DNA of 64,000 nucleotides from Candidatus Nomurabacteria bacterium (lineage in GTDB: Bacteria; Patescibacteriota; Patescibacteriia; HK-STAS-PATE-3): NCBI GenBank assembly GCA_023898465.1, contig CP060223.1:416001-480000 (forward strand). Reading direction: 5' to 3'. Below the pieces are notes generated by a model. The model had not been told where the DNA came from and did not search any database. It saw nothing but the letters and a program-made list of their open reading frames with translations. Positions 50,153 to 59,940 of this stretch are shown here, in pieces. The first letter of the stretch is position 1. Each line of letters opens with the position of its first letter. Position numbers and translations under genes: made by a program.

Positions 50153-51031
50153 ATGACCCAGGATGCTCAAAAACATCCCCTACTCACTGTCTGTATAGTT
50201 CACTACAGAAGGCTTGAGCAGCTCCAAAAAACAATAGATGCTCTTTTTCAAAATACCCGTACTGCATTTCTTCTCCGTGTGTATAACAACGGATACGAGG
50301 ATGATGGAATCAGGGAGTATCTAGATGGTATTAATCAGCGTAGCGATACTACGGTTATCTTTGACACAAAAAATATCGGCTGCTCCCCTGCTCGACACGA
50401 AATTGTAAAAAATATTGAGACACCCTTCATCCTCATGCTTGATGATGACATGTATGTAAATAAAGATTGGGACGTCCCCGTATTTAAAAAATTTGCAGAA
50501 AATCCTACGATTGGCGCTATTGGATTTTCAATTTATAAAATTGATGGGAGCTTCTGGTGGACAGGTGGACGCAATATTATTCTATCAAAAAAAGAAATTA
50601 AAATAGAGCGACCTCATATCGATCCAGAAAAATCAGACCTTGATTTTATAGAGCTTGATGATGTTGCCGCGGGGGCAATGATTTATCGAAAAGAACTTGA
50701 GGATATTATCGTTTGGGACAAGAATTATTTTATCGGCTTTGAGGATCTGGAGAAAGGTCTACATTTAAAACAGAGCAAATATTCCTGTCTCGTCTCAATT
50801 CAAAGTAAATTTATCCACGACAAAATATCTGAGAAACAGGAATACGCTGCTTATAACAATGCACGACGAAATTACCACGCCTACCGGAGAAGTTATCTAC
50901 ATTTTCTAAAGGAAAATAGATATCGTCTTGATTTGAAGCGCCATCTTTTCTACAAATATGTTTGTCTTCTTCCGAATAACATTCTGCAGAAGTTGGTATA
51001 TACTTGGTTAAGCATAAAAAAGAAGGGTTAG
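50153..51031 (+). CDS. GT2-like glycosyltransferase (GT-A fold)
   Basis: 292 aa. LTVCIVHYRR near the N-terminus and a DxD-like MLDDDMYV block. Confidence 0.55.
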   Translation: MTQDAQKHPLLTVCIVHYRRLEQLQKTIDALFQNTRTAFLLRVYNNGYEDDGIREYLDGINQRSDTTVIFDTKNIGCSPARHEIVKNIETPFILMLDDDMYVNKDWDVPVFKKFAENPTIGAIGFSIYKIDGSFWWTGGRNIILSKKEIKIERPHIDPEKSDLDFIELDDVAAGAMIYRKELEDIIVWDKNYFIGFEDLEKGLHLKQSKYSCLVSIQSKFIHDKISEKQEYAAYNNARRNYHAYRRSYLHFLKENRYRLDLKRHLFYKYVCLLPNNILQKLVYTWLSIKKKG

Positions 51032-51032
51032 T

Positions 51033-52823
51033 ATGAAAGAAATTCTACAGAAGCTTCAGGTGATTTTGCCACCAGGTGATAAGAAAAAAATCTTTGGCAT
51101 TTTTGTTTTAATGCTCATTGCAGCGATTTTAGAAGTTATCGGGATTAGTCTAATTCTTGCATTCATTTCAACGGTTTCTAATCCTGATACTCTTTTTCAA
51201 ATCACCTGGCTTGCCCCAATACTACAACGTGCAAATATTACGGATGCAAAAGGCTTACTTACCTACGGGTCGATTCTTCTCATTGTGCTCTTTGTTTTAA
51301 AAAATGCCTATATTATTTCGTTTCAGTATATCCAATCGCATTTCGTTTATCGCAGATTCAGCGCAATATCATCTCGGCTCTTTAATTCATACATGCGGGC
51401 GCCTTATATTTATCACCTTAATAATAATTCAGCTCGCCTTGTGCGTAATGTAACTGGAGAAACCACCTTACTCGTACACTACATCATGCTCCCCTTGCTG
51501 GTGGTGGTCATGGAATCAATCATGATCATTAGTATTAGTATCTTTCTTTTTGCGGTTGAGCCACTCAATACACTCATAGTGCTTTTCTTTGTCGGATCAA
51601 GTGGTATTTTTTTCCTTCGCTTAGTCAAAAAAAAGATTCAACACTTCGGATCTGAATCTCTGATTGAACGAGAAACTATGATTCGTCGCGTGAATGAAGG
51701 TGTTGGTGGTATAAAGGAAATACTCGTAAAGAATCGACAATCTTGGTTTATTAATGCGTTTACTCAATCGATCCATACTTACGCTAAAGCTGAAACATAC
51801 AAAAACATTTTTAAGATGAGCGCCCGGCCCGTTATTGAAACCGTTGCGGTGGCAGGCATGCTTTTAGTCGCCTTAGTACTCGTGTGGCAAGGACGTGGTG
51901 TAGAGTCGATCTTACCAGTACTAAGTCTCTTCGGCGTTGCCACATTTAAACTTATGCCCTCTTTAGATAAGGTTGTGAGTAATAGTAATGTGATTCGTTA
52001 TTACACTTATACGCTAAACTCAATCCATGATGATATTGCTGAGTTGAGTAAAATTGAAACTCCAATACACACAAACTCTGACAATAAAAAGATTTCCATC
52101 TCATCGACCTTAAGTCTTCAAAAGGTATATTTTCGCTACCCAGGCAGTGAGAAACAAGTGCTGCAAGATGTTAGTCTCACTATTCCAAAAGGTGCGGCAA
52201 TCGGATTTGTTGGCCCTTCTGGAGCTGGAAAAAGCACCATAGTGGATATTATCCTCGGACTACTGTCAATTGATTCGGGGCAAATCCTCGTTGATGGAAA
52301 AGATATAAAAAATACTATGGCAGCCTGGCAAAAAAATATCGGCTATATCCCGCAAACTATTTTCCTGGCTGATAATACTATTCGTAATAATATCGCCTTC
52401 GGACTAAACGACAATGAAATTAATGATGCACAGGTTTCTCGTGCTATTAAAATGGCACAGCTAGAAGAGTTCATTGCCTCCCTACCGCAAGGAGTGAACA
52501 CAATGGTTGGTGAACGAGGTGTTCGCTTAAGCGGTGGACAGAGACAGCGCATCGGTATTGCCCGAGCGCTTTATCATGACCCAGAGGTCTTAGTAATGGA
52601 TGAGGCGACATCCTCGCTTGATAATCAAACTGAAAAATATATTATTGATGCAATTGAAAACCTCAAACGGGATAGAACCATTATCATCGTGGCGCATCGT
52701 CTCAGTACAGTAGAGAATTGTGATAACTTGTTTTTCATCGAAAAAGGACACATAAAAGATTCTGGGACTTACTCACATATCATTCAACAAAACAGCGAGT
52801 TACTCGTAAATGAAAAAAGGTAA
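51033..52823 (+). CDS. ABC exporter, fused 6-TM permease plus ATPase (MsbA/PglK-like type I exporter)
   Basis: 596 aa. Six N-terminal TM helices, Walker A GPSGAGKST, signature LSGGQRQRIGIARAL and Walker B LVMDEATS. Confidence 0.85.
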   Translation: MKEILQKLQVILPPGDKKKIFGIFVLMLIAAILEVIGISLILAFISTVSNPDTLFQITWLAPILQRANITDAKGLLTYGSILLIVLFVLKNAYIISFQYIQSHFVYRRFSAISSRLFNSYMRAPYIYHLNNNSARLVRNVTGETTLLVHYIMLPLLVVVMESIMIISISIFLFAVEPLNTLIVLFFVGSSGIFFLRLVKKKIQHFGSESLIERETMIRRVNEGVGGIKEILVKNRQSWFINAFTQSIHTYAKAETYKNIFKMSARPVIETVAVAGMLLVALVLVWQGRGVESILPVLSLFGVATFKLMPSLDKVVSNSNVIRYYTYTLNSIHDDIAELSKIETPIHTNSDNKKISISSTLSLQKVYFRYPGSEKQVLQDVSLTIPKGAAIGFVGPSGAGKSTIVDIILGLLSIDSGQILVDGKDIKNTMAAWQKNIGYIPQTIFLADNTIRNNIAFGLNDNEINDAQVSRAIKMAQLEEFIASLPQGVNTMVGERGVRLSGGQRQRIGIARALYHDPEVLVMDEATSSLDNQTEKYIIDAIENLKRDRTIIIVAHRLSTVENCDNLFFIEKGHIKDSGTYSHIIQQNSELLVNEKR

Positions 52824-52827
52824 GAAT

Positions 52828-53904
52828 ATGAACACATTTAATGAAGAGTTAAATATATCAATAAAAAAGAATTTTCCTAATAATTATCAAGATAATGTTC
52901 TTCAAATACGGTTTAAAAAAAAGAAATTCAAAGTCTGGTTATTAGAAATATTATCGGATTTCACATACAGAATTGGATTGTTCAATCTAATTCTCAAAAG
53001 AAAAAAAATACTAATCGACAGTTTTCATTATCTTTATGATCGACTTAGCGACGACTATTCTAGAGAACTGTTAATACAAGTACTCACGTTCAGATTGTTG
53101 GGAAGTCGTAAAGTAAAGCTCCCGCTAAATGACGGTAACTACTTTAAGAGGATTGAAGACATTGAAAAAAGCGTTGCTAATAAAGACGATTTTCTCTCAC
53201 CAAACTTTTTAGACTGGAAATTATTTTTGTTTGATCTTGAGCAATATGGATATAAGGGAAAAGCATACTCGATAAGCCCAAGCATTTTTAGTAGCTTTGT
53301 ACAGCCGCAATACCAATATAATGGCACACTTATTGCAGCTAAGCCAGGCGACGTTGTTATTGATGCTGGAGCGTGTTGGGGCGAAACGGCTATGTATTTC
53401 GCTGAAAGGGTTAAAGAAAATGGAAAAGTGTACAGTTTTGAATTCCTACCTGAAAACCTCGAGGTAATGAGAAAAAACCTTTCTCTAAACCCAGAATATG
53501 CAAAACAAATTACCATGGTGGAAAAACCCGTATGGTCGAAAAGCAACGAGCCTATAACCTGCAACAACCTTGGTCCAGGAAACAAAGTTATTACTGGTGT
53601 AGATGAAGCATCAACTACTTATCATACAATCTCAATTGATGATTTTGCTGAACAAAATACACTTGAAAACGTTAACTTTATTAAAATGGATATAGAGGGA
53701 TCAGAGCTCGAGGCATTAAAAGGTGCTGAAAATGTAATAAAAAAATTTCGGCCTGTGTTGTCTATTTGCGTCTACCATAAACCAAGTGATTGCAAGCACA
53801 TTCCTGCCTATATTGAAAGCTTAAACTTGGGCTATAAGTTTTATTTTGACCACTATTCAATCTACGGTGAAGAAAGTGTACTCTTTGCGAAAGTCGAAAA
53901 CTAA
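52828..53904 (+). CDS. FkbM-family methyltransferase (second copy)
   Basis: DAGACWGETAMYFAE glycine-rich SAM motif and FIKMDIEGSE. The start is taken at the ATG after the ABC gene stop. Confidence 0.65.
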   Translation: MNTFNEELNISIKKNFPNNYQDNVLQIRFKKKKFKVWLLEILSDFTYRIGLFNLILKRKKILIDSFHYLYDRLSDDYSRELLIQVLTFRLLGSRKVKLPLNDGNYFKRIEDIEKSVANKDDFLSPNFLDWKLFLFDLEQYGYKGKAYSISPSIFSSFVQPQYQYNGTLIAAKPGDVVIDAGACWGETAMYFAERVKENGKVYSFEFLPENLEVMRKNLSLNPEYAKQITMVEKPVWSKSNEPITCNNLGPGNKVITGVDEASTTYHTISIDDFAEQNTLENVNFIKMDIEGSELEALKGAENVIKKFRPVLSICVYHKPSDCKHIPAYIESLNLGYKFYFDHYSIYGEESVLFAKVEN

Positions 53905-53905
53905 T

Positions 53906-55033
53906 ATGCAGAGCTCAAACCAACAACCAATTTATGTAACTAAACCAGCACTCCCGCCACTTGAAGAATTTACTGCTGAGCTAAAAACGATATGGGAGAA
54001 TCGAGTGCTAACAAATAATGGACCATTCCATCAACAATTTGAACTAGCCCTCGCTAAACATCTGGATGTTCCATTTGTATCTGTATTTAGCAATGGAACA
54101 CTTGCTTTGATGACTGCACTGCAATCACTTGATATCCAAGGTGAAGTTATTACTACCCCATTTAGCTTTGTCGCAACAACGCATGCACTTTGGTGGAACA
54201 AAATAACTCCAATATTTGCTGATATTGAATCAACTCATTTTACACTTGATCCTAATAAAACTGAGGAACTTATTACACCTCAAACAAGCGCGATCATGCC
54301 TGTGCACATTTATGGTTACCCATGCAGGACAAAGGAAATCGACATGATAGCAAAAAAGCATAATCTCAAGGTCATTTACGACGCCGCCCACGCCTTTGAT
54401 GTGAAGCAAGATGGTATTTCTGTATTAAATGCTGGCGACCTTTCTGTCCTAAGCTTTCATGCGACGAAAGTTTTTAATACAATTGAGGGTGGTGCGATCA
54501 TTTCCCATAGTGAAGAAATGAAAAATAGGATTGATCACCTAAAAAACTTTGGCTTTGAAGATGAGACAATAATAATTGGTCCCGGCATTAATGCCAAAAT
54601 GAACGAAGTGCAAGCTGCATATGGACTACTTCAACTAAAATATGTTGCTAAATATATAGAAGCCAGAAAAAGAATTGTAGAAAAATATCGTCTAGCACTA
54701 TCTGATATACCTGGCTTGCATTTCTTAGAAGACCAGGAAGGCGTACAAAATAATTACGCCTACTTCCCGATTGTTATTGATACAGAACATTGTATTCATA
54801 CGCGAGATTATATTTATGAGGAATTAAAAAAAGACAATATTTTTTCTCGTAGATATTTTTATCCACTCATAAGTAAAATTCCACTCTACGAAAATCTGGC
54901 GACAACTAAAGCAGCGCAGCTTCCGGTTGCATCTAAAATTAGCGAACAGGTTCTTTGTCTACCCTTATACCATGATTTAAGTGATAGTGATTTTACACGC
55001 ATCATTAGCAGTCTTAAAAGAATGCTTACATAG
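53906..55033 (+). CDS. DegT/DnrJ/EryC1/StrS-family PLP-dependent sugar aminotransferase
   Basis: Start at ATG 53906 (MQSSNQQPIYVTKP). The conserved SFHATK Schiff-base lysine block and the overall fold-type I pattern. Confidence 0.85.
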   Translation: MQSSNQQPIYVTKPALPPLEEFTAELKTIWENRVLTNNGPFHQQFELALAKHLDVPFVSVFSNGTLALMTALQSLDIQGEVITTPFSFVATTHALWWNKITPIFADIESTHFTLDPNKTEELITPQTSAIMPVHIYGYPCRTKEIDMIAKKHNLKVIYDAAHAFDVKQDGISVLNAGDLSVLSFHATKVFNTIEGGAIISHSEEMKNRIDHLKNFGFEDETIIIGPGINAKMNEVQAAYGLLQLKYVAKYIEARKRIVEKYRLALSDIPGLHFLEDQEGVQNNYAYFPIVIDTEHCIHTRDYIYEELKKDNIFSRRYFYPLISKIPLYENLATTKAAQLPVASKISEQVLCLPLYHDLSDSDFTRIISSLKRMLT

Positions 55034-55045
55034 GAATCCATTCAG

Positions 55046-55747
55046 ATGAAAATAGCAATCATGCAGCCCTATTTTTTCCCTTATATCGGATATTTTCAGC
55101 TGATGAATGCTGTAGATGAATTTGTGGTTTACGACAACATTCAATATACCAAGAAGGGGTGGATCAATCGTAACCGTATCCTCCTCAATGGAAAAATTGA
55201 AACTATTTCTCTAGCGATAAAGAAAGATTCTGATTATCTCGATATACGCGACCGTTGCTTAGCTGATAATTGGATAAAGGAACGAAGTAGTATATTAAAC
55301 AGACTCAAATCCTCTTATCAGAAAGCCCCTTACTTCATTCCTACATATACTCTGGTTGAAAAGATACTCAAACAAGATTCGGTCAATCTTTTTGAATTTC
55401 TTTTTAACAGCCTGCAACTCATCAAAGAATATCTCCACATCCCCACCCCTCTTATCATTTCCTCTCAGGTTCCAGTCGACCATACGCTAAAATCAAGCGA
55501 GCGCGTATTGGCTATTTGCAAAGCACTCCAAGCAAATCAATATATTAATCCAATTGGTGGAACAGAATTATATACAAAAGAGCATTTCCTTAAAAATGGC
55601 GTTGCGCTCCAATTTCTCCGAACTCAAGCACATCATTACCAACAGTTTAATAAAGAACATGTACCCTATCTCTCTATTATAGATGTTATGATGTTTAATA
55701 GTCAGGAAGCGCTAAAGGACTTACTCCAAGAATACATTCTCGAATAA
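55046..55747 (+). CDS. WbqC-family protein (uncharacterised glycan-modification family)
   Basis: 233 aa starting MKIAIMQPYFFPYIGYFQLM, the hallmark N-terminus of WbqC-like proteins found in O-antigen/capsule loci. Confidence 0.75.
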   Translation: MKIAIMQPYFFPYIGYFQLMNAVDEFVVYDNIQYTKKGWINRNRILLNGKIETISLAIKKDSDYLDIRDRCLADNWIKERSSILNRLKSSYQKAPYFIPTYTLVEKILKQDSVNLFEFLFNSLQLIKEYLHIPTPLIISSQVPVDHTLKSSERVLAICKALQANQYINPIGGTELYTKEHFLKNGVALQFLRTQAHHYQQFNKEHVPYLSIIDVMMFNSQEALKDLLQEYILE

Positions 55748-55756
55748 TAATCCCAT

Positions 55757-57061
55757 ATGCCCGCTCAAATAGATAAAAAAATTCGCGTACTCCTCTTCCC
55801 GGCTGGCTCAGAAATTGCTTTTGAAATTTATCACTCGCTTCGTCATAACCTCCACGTAGAAATATTTGGAGCTTCGGGAAAGTCTGATCACGCGAGCTAC
55901 TTATATGATTCCGAGCATTACTTCGAGGGTCCATATCAAATCTCCGACGAAAAATTTAATGACCACTTCACCGAGTTATTAAAAGAGCAAAAAATCGATA
56001 TGGTCATGCCAACACATGACTCAGTAACTGAATTTTTGGCAAAACACCGGGATAAATATCCAGCAAAAATTTTGACTTCTCCATACGAAAGCACAAGGAT
56101 AGCTCGACAGAAGATCCTCACCTACGAGCTTTTTCAAGCTTATGATTTCCTGCCAAAGCAGTATTTACCGCCATATCAGAATCTTGAGTATCCTATTTTC
56201 CTCAAGCCAAATCAGGGACAAGGCGGGAAAGGCACTTGTTTAGTTCATACATATGAAGAGCTGCAGGAACAAACCAGTAAGCAACCTGACTTAGTTGCTT
56301 ACGAATATTTACCAGGCGAGGAGCTGAGTGTTGATTGTTTTACCGATCGACATGGCCAGTTGCGTTTTATTGGACCAAGGACTAGAGCAAGAATTGATTT
56401 TGGCATTTCCTTTAGGACAGAGTCTCGTCCGGTCACTCAGGATATTCAGACAATTGCCGAAACAATAAATACAAAGGTTGCTATTCGAGGCGCGTGGTTT
56501 TTTCAAGTAAAAAAAGATAGCACAGGTAAATATAAACTCATGGAATTTGCAGTTCGCCAGGCAAGTACTATGGGTCTTTATCGTCAAATTGGAGTTAATT
56601 TTGCCTTACTCACGATATTCGACGCGCTCGACATCGATGTAAAGATTCTAAAAAATGACTATCCTATCACGCTTGATCGCAGAATGCTAAACCGATATAA
56701 AGCTGATTTCACTTACACAAAAGTATACATTGATTTCGATGATACAATTATCATCAATGAAAAAATTAACATTATCGCACTGCAGTTTCTCTATCAATGT
56801 AAATATGCTCATAAGAAAATTTGTCTTCTCACAAAACATGAGTTCGATCTCGATGAGACATTACAGAAATACTGCCTTGCAAAAAATCTATTTGACGAGA
56901 TTGTGATTTTACATCCTGGAGAGGACAAGACTGATCACATCGTTGCCGACGATGCAATTTTTATTGATAACTACTTTTTTGATAGAGAAAAAGTAAAGCA
57001 GCGTCACAATATTCCTGTATTTGATGTAGACGCCATCGAGAGTTTATTACTTAATACATAA
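55757..57061 (+). CDS. ATP-grasp ligase fused to a C-terminal HAD-like domain
   Basis: An N-terminal about 300 aa ATP-grasp pattern (IFLKPNQGQGGKGTCLV...AYEYLPGEELSVDCF). The C-terminal about 130 aa begins with HAD motif I (VYIDFDDTII). Confidence 0.6.
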   Translation: MPAQIDKKIRVLLFPAGSEIAFEIYHSLRHNLHVEIFGASGKSDHASYLYDSEHYFEGPYQISDEKFNDHFTELLKEQKIDMVMPTHDSVTEFLAKHRDKYPAKILTSPYESTRIARQKILTYELFQAYDFLPKQYLPPYQNLEYPIFLKPNQGQGGKGTCLVHTYEELQEQTSKQPDLVAYEYLPGEELSVDCFTDRHGQLRFIGPRTRARIDFGISFRTESRPVTQDIQTIAETINTKVAIRGAWFFQVKKDSTGKYKLMEFAVRQASTMGLYRQIGVNFALLTIFDALDIDVKILKNDYPITLDRRMLNRYKADFTYTKVYIDFDDTIIINEKINIIALQFLYQCKYAHKKICLLTKHEFDLDETLQKYCLAKNLFDEIVILHPGEDKTDHIVADDAIFIDNYFFDREKVKQRHNIPVFDVDAIESLLLNT

Positions 57062-57064
57062 GGC

Positions 57065-58030
57065 ATGTTCCGCTGGAAGAAACTAGGAAAAGTATTTGAC
57101 CCAACACAAAACGGAAATGATGCGTGGATGCAGACTTTTGCTCAAGCTCCTGCCACTTTAGTTTTTGATTCTTTTGTTCGAGTATATTTTTCTTGTCGGC
57201 CACTTCCGGACAAAAATGGTCAAGCGACAAGCTATGCCGGCTTTGTTGATCTTGATCGAAAAAACCTTTTTAATATTCTTAGGATCTCAAAAAAACCCGT
57301 GCTTCCGCTTGGAGAAATTGGTAGTTTTGACGAGTTTGGTATTATGCCCATCTCAGTCATTCGAGATAAGCATCGATTACTCGCTTACTATGGCGGATGG
57401 ACTCGATGCGTTTCCGTTCCATTCAATATCGCTATTGGTCTGGCTGAAAGTAAGGACAATGGGGAAACTTTTGAAAAAATTGGCCCTGGACCCGTACTCT
57501 CGTATAGCCCTGATGAGCCGTTCTTAGTTGCGGTTCCTAAAATTAGGAAATTTCAAAATCGCTGGTTTCTCTGGTATACCGCCGGGACTCATTGGAGAAA
57601 AGTAAATGGAAAGACTGAGGCGGTTTATGGCATCCGGATGGCTACATCAACTGACGGCGTTACATGGAAAAAAGAGCATCGAAAAATTATTCCAAACGTT
57701 TTAGGTGAGAACGAGGCGCAAGCAAGCGCTGACGTTTATTTTGCTAACGACATCTATCACATGTTTTTTTGCTATCGGCATACTTCTGATTTTCGTACAA
57801 ATAAAGATCGGGCTTATCGGATTGGCTATGCTTACTCTCAGGATGGATTTCATTGGCAGCGTGACGATTCACGGGTAGGCATCGACATATCGACTGAAGG
57901 ATGGGATTCAGAAATGATCTCTTTTCCTCATATTTTTTCACTGGACGGAAAAACCTACATGCTCTACTTGGGAAATAACTTTGGTCGAGAAGGGTTTGGA
58001 ATTGCTGAACTTGAAGGGAGTTTACAATAA
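57065..58030 (+). CDS. five-bladed beta-propeller glycosidase-fold protein (GH43/GH32/GH130-like), tandem paralog 1
   Basis: 321 aa, rich in Trp/Asp/Gly. It starts M-x-W-K-K-L-G-K-V-F-D-P and ends GNNFGREGFGIAEL. It is a clear paralog of the next ORF. Confidence 0.5.
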   Translation: MFRWKKLGKVFDPTQNGNDAWMQTFAQAPATLVFDSFVRVYFSCRPLPDKNGQATSYAGFVDLDRKNLFNILRISKKPVLPLGEIGSFDEFGIMPISVIRDKHRLLAYYGGWTRCVSVPFNIAIGLAESKDNGETFEKIGPGPVLSYSPDEPFLVAVPKIRKFQNRWFLWYTAGTHWRKVNGKTEAVYGIRMATSTDGVTWKKEHRKIIPNVLGENEAQASADVYFANDIYHMFFCYRHTSDFRTNKDRAYRIGYAYSQDGFHWQRDDSRVGIDISTEGWDSEMISFPHIFSLDGKTYMLYLGNNFGREGFGIAELEGSLQ

Positions 58031-58031
58031 T

Positions 58032-58985
58032 ATGCACTGGGAAAAACTCGGAAAAATTTTTGATCCGTCCCAACACAATCTTCCAAACGATTGCAAGCTT
58101 TTCGCGCAATCGCCTCAGGTGTTACTTTTGGACGACCGAATACGGATATATTTTTCTACCCGACAAGCAGATACACCCACAACCTACCTCAGTCATATTG
58201 CTTATGTCGATTTTACAAATGACTTTTCTAAAGTACTTGAAGTCTCAAAAAAAACCGTACTTCCTTTAGGGAAACTTGGCACCTTTGATGAACACGGCAT
58301 CTTTCCAATGAATGTCTTAAGGTTTCAAGATCGAGTACTAGGGTTCACAAGCGGCATTTCTCGTAGATCTTCTGTATCAGTGGAAACATCTATTGGCCTG
58401 GTGGAAAGCTTTGATAACGGAGAAAGCTTTCAGCGAAATAGTGATGGCCCTATCCTTACCTCCTCTCTTCATGAGCCATTTATGGTAGGCGATCCTTTTG
58501 TCCAAGCATACGAAGGAAAACTTCATATGTGGTACATCAACGGAGTACGATGGAAACCAAAAACAGCCCAGGAACCTGCTGCACGAGTATACAAAATTGC
58601 TCATGCAACTTCCTTAGACGCCATACATTGGCAAAATGATAATCGTCAAATTATTAGTGACGTTCTCAATGCCGATGAGTGTCAGGCGCTTCCTACTGTA
58701 ATTAAAATTAAGCAAAGGTACTACATGTACTTTTGCTATCGCGAAGCCAGTGATTTTCGAACAAACAAAAATCGTGCGTATCGAATTGGATGCGCCTATT
58801 CGGATGACCTTACCCATTGGACTCGAGATGATGCCCAAGCTGGTATCACTGTTTCAGACCAGGGCTGGGATTCAGAAATGCAGTGCTACCCTCACGTCTT
58901 TCAAAAAGATGATGTAATATATTTACTTTATAATGGAAACGCCTTCGGCCGCGATGGTTTTGGCTTAGCTAAGCTTGTTGGATAA
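58032..58985 (+). CDS. five-bladed beta-propeller glycosidase-fold protein, tandem paralog 2
   Basis: Starts MHWEKLGKIFDPSQ and ends GNAFGRDGFGLAKL. The conserved internal blocks FRTNK(D/N)RAYRIG(Y/C)AYS.D..HW.RDD and WDSEM..(F/Y)PH(I/V)F are shared with paralog 1. Confidence 0.5.
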   Translation: MHWEKLGKIFDPSQHNLPNDCKLFAQSPQVLLLDDRIRIYFSTRQADTPTTYLSHIAYVDFTNDFSKVLEVSKKTVLPLGKLGTFDEHGIFPMNVLRFQDRVLGFTSGISRRSSVSVETSIGLVESFDNGESFQRNSDGPILTSSLHEPFMVGDPFVQAYEGKLHMWYINGVRWKPKTAQEPAARVYKIAHATSLDAIHWQNDNRQIISDVLNADECQALPTVIKIKQRYYMYFCYREASDFRTNKNRAYRIGCAYSDDLTHWTRDDAQAGITVSDQGWDSEMQCYPHVFQKDDVIYLLYNGNAFGRDGFGLAKLVG

Positions 58986-58990
58986 TACCT

Positions 58991-59938
58991 ATGAATTCTG
59001 ATTCTCCTCTCGTCAGTGTAGTATGCGTCACATACAATCATGGTCCATATATTGCAGAAGCAATAGAAAGTTTTTTACAGCAAGAAACTGACTTCCCTTT
59101 TGAAATTATCATTGGAGAAGACTTCAGTACAGACGAAACCAGGGAAATTTGCTTGGAATATGCAAAAAAGTACCCTGATAAAATCCACCTAGCGATTTCT
59201 GATGGAAATGTCGGGGCACGTAATAATTATTTTCGCGCTTTGTCAGCCGCACGAGGAAAATATATTGCATTTTGTGAAGGAGATGATTACTGGTCGGATC
59301 CAAAAAAGTTGGCAATCCAAATTGGCTACATGGAAAAACATCCAGAGTGCAGTCTCACCTTCCACTCGGTTCGAATTATCAACGGAGATAAAGCAACCAA
59401 TAAGACGATTCGTCCCTTTAACAAAAAAACAATTATTCCAAAAAATACCTTTTTTGGCTACGGCACGATGGCACCATCCCCCACTCTTGTGTATCCCAGA
59501 AAATATATTATAGACCCACCTGATTGGCTTCGTCACTCGCCTGTTGGGGATATACCCTTGAAGCTCTATCTCTCTCAACTTGGTACAGTAGTATATCTGG
59601 ATAAAATCATGGCCATGCGAAGAATTGGCGTCGAGGGTTCGTGGAGTAAACGCATGCAAACTTTTTCATACCGACAAAAACTCTTTCCAGGTATGATTGT
59701 AATGCTTGAAGGTTTTAACGAATTTAGTAAATATATATATGCCTATCAAGTACTAAAAAAACAGCTAAGCTACGAAATTAAAAGTGTGAAAAATCCAATA
59801 ACAAAAGTAAGACAAATGCTAAAACTCATCCGAACAAAATATTCAAAATCGTACTCTTCTCTTTCGCTTACAAAAAAAATGTTTGCAATTGGTAATCTAT
59901 TTATCACAAGCATAGTTGAACAGGTAGCACGTCGTTAG
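58991..59938 (+). CDS. GT2 glycosyltransferase (GT-A)
   Basis: 315 aa. VSVVCVTYNHGPYIAEAIESFL...EIIIGEDFSTDET, and a DxD-like region (CEGDDYW). Confidence 0.8.
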   Translation: MNSDSPLVSVVCVTYNHGPYIAEAIESFLQQETDFPFEIIIGEDFSTDETREICLEYAKKYPDKIHLAISDGNVGARNNYFRALSAARGKYIAFCEGDDYWSDPKKLAIQIGYMEKHPECSLTFHSVRIINGDKATNKTIRPFNKKTIIPKNTFFGYGTMAPSPTLVYPRKYIIDPPDWLRHSPVGDIPLKLYLSQLGTVVYLDKIMAMRRIGVEGSWSKRMQTFSYRQKLFPGMIVMLEGFNEFSKYIYAYQVLKKQLSYEIKSVKNPITKVRQMLKLIRTKYSKSYSSLSLTKKMFAIGNLFITSIVEQVARR

Positions 59939-59940
59939 CC

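Noticed and set aside
59124-59659. ORFs 59124..59315 (-), 59202..59513 (+), 59243..59659 (-) within the GT2 gene 58991..59938
   Set aside because: They are internal or antisense frames of a GT2 gene with clear DxD/GT-A motifs.
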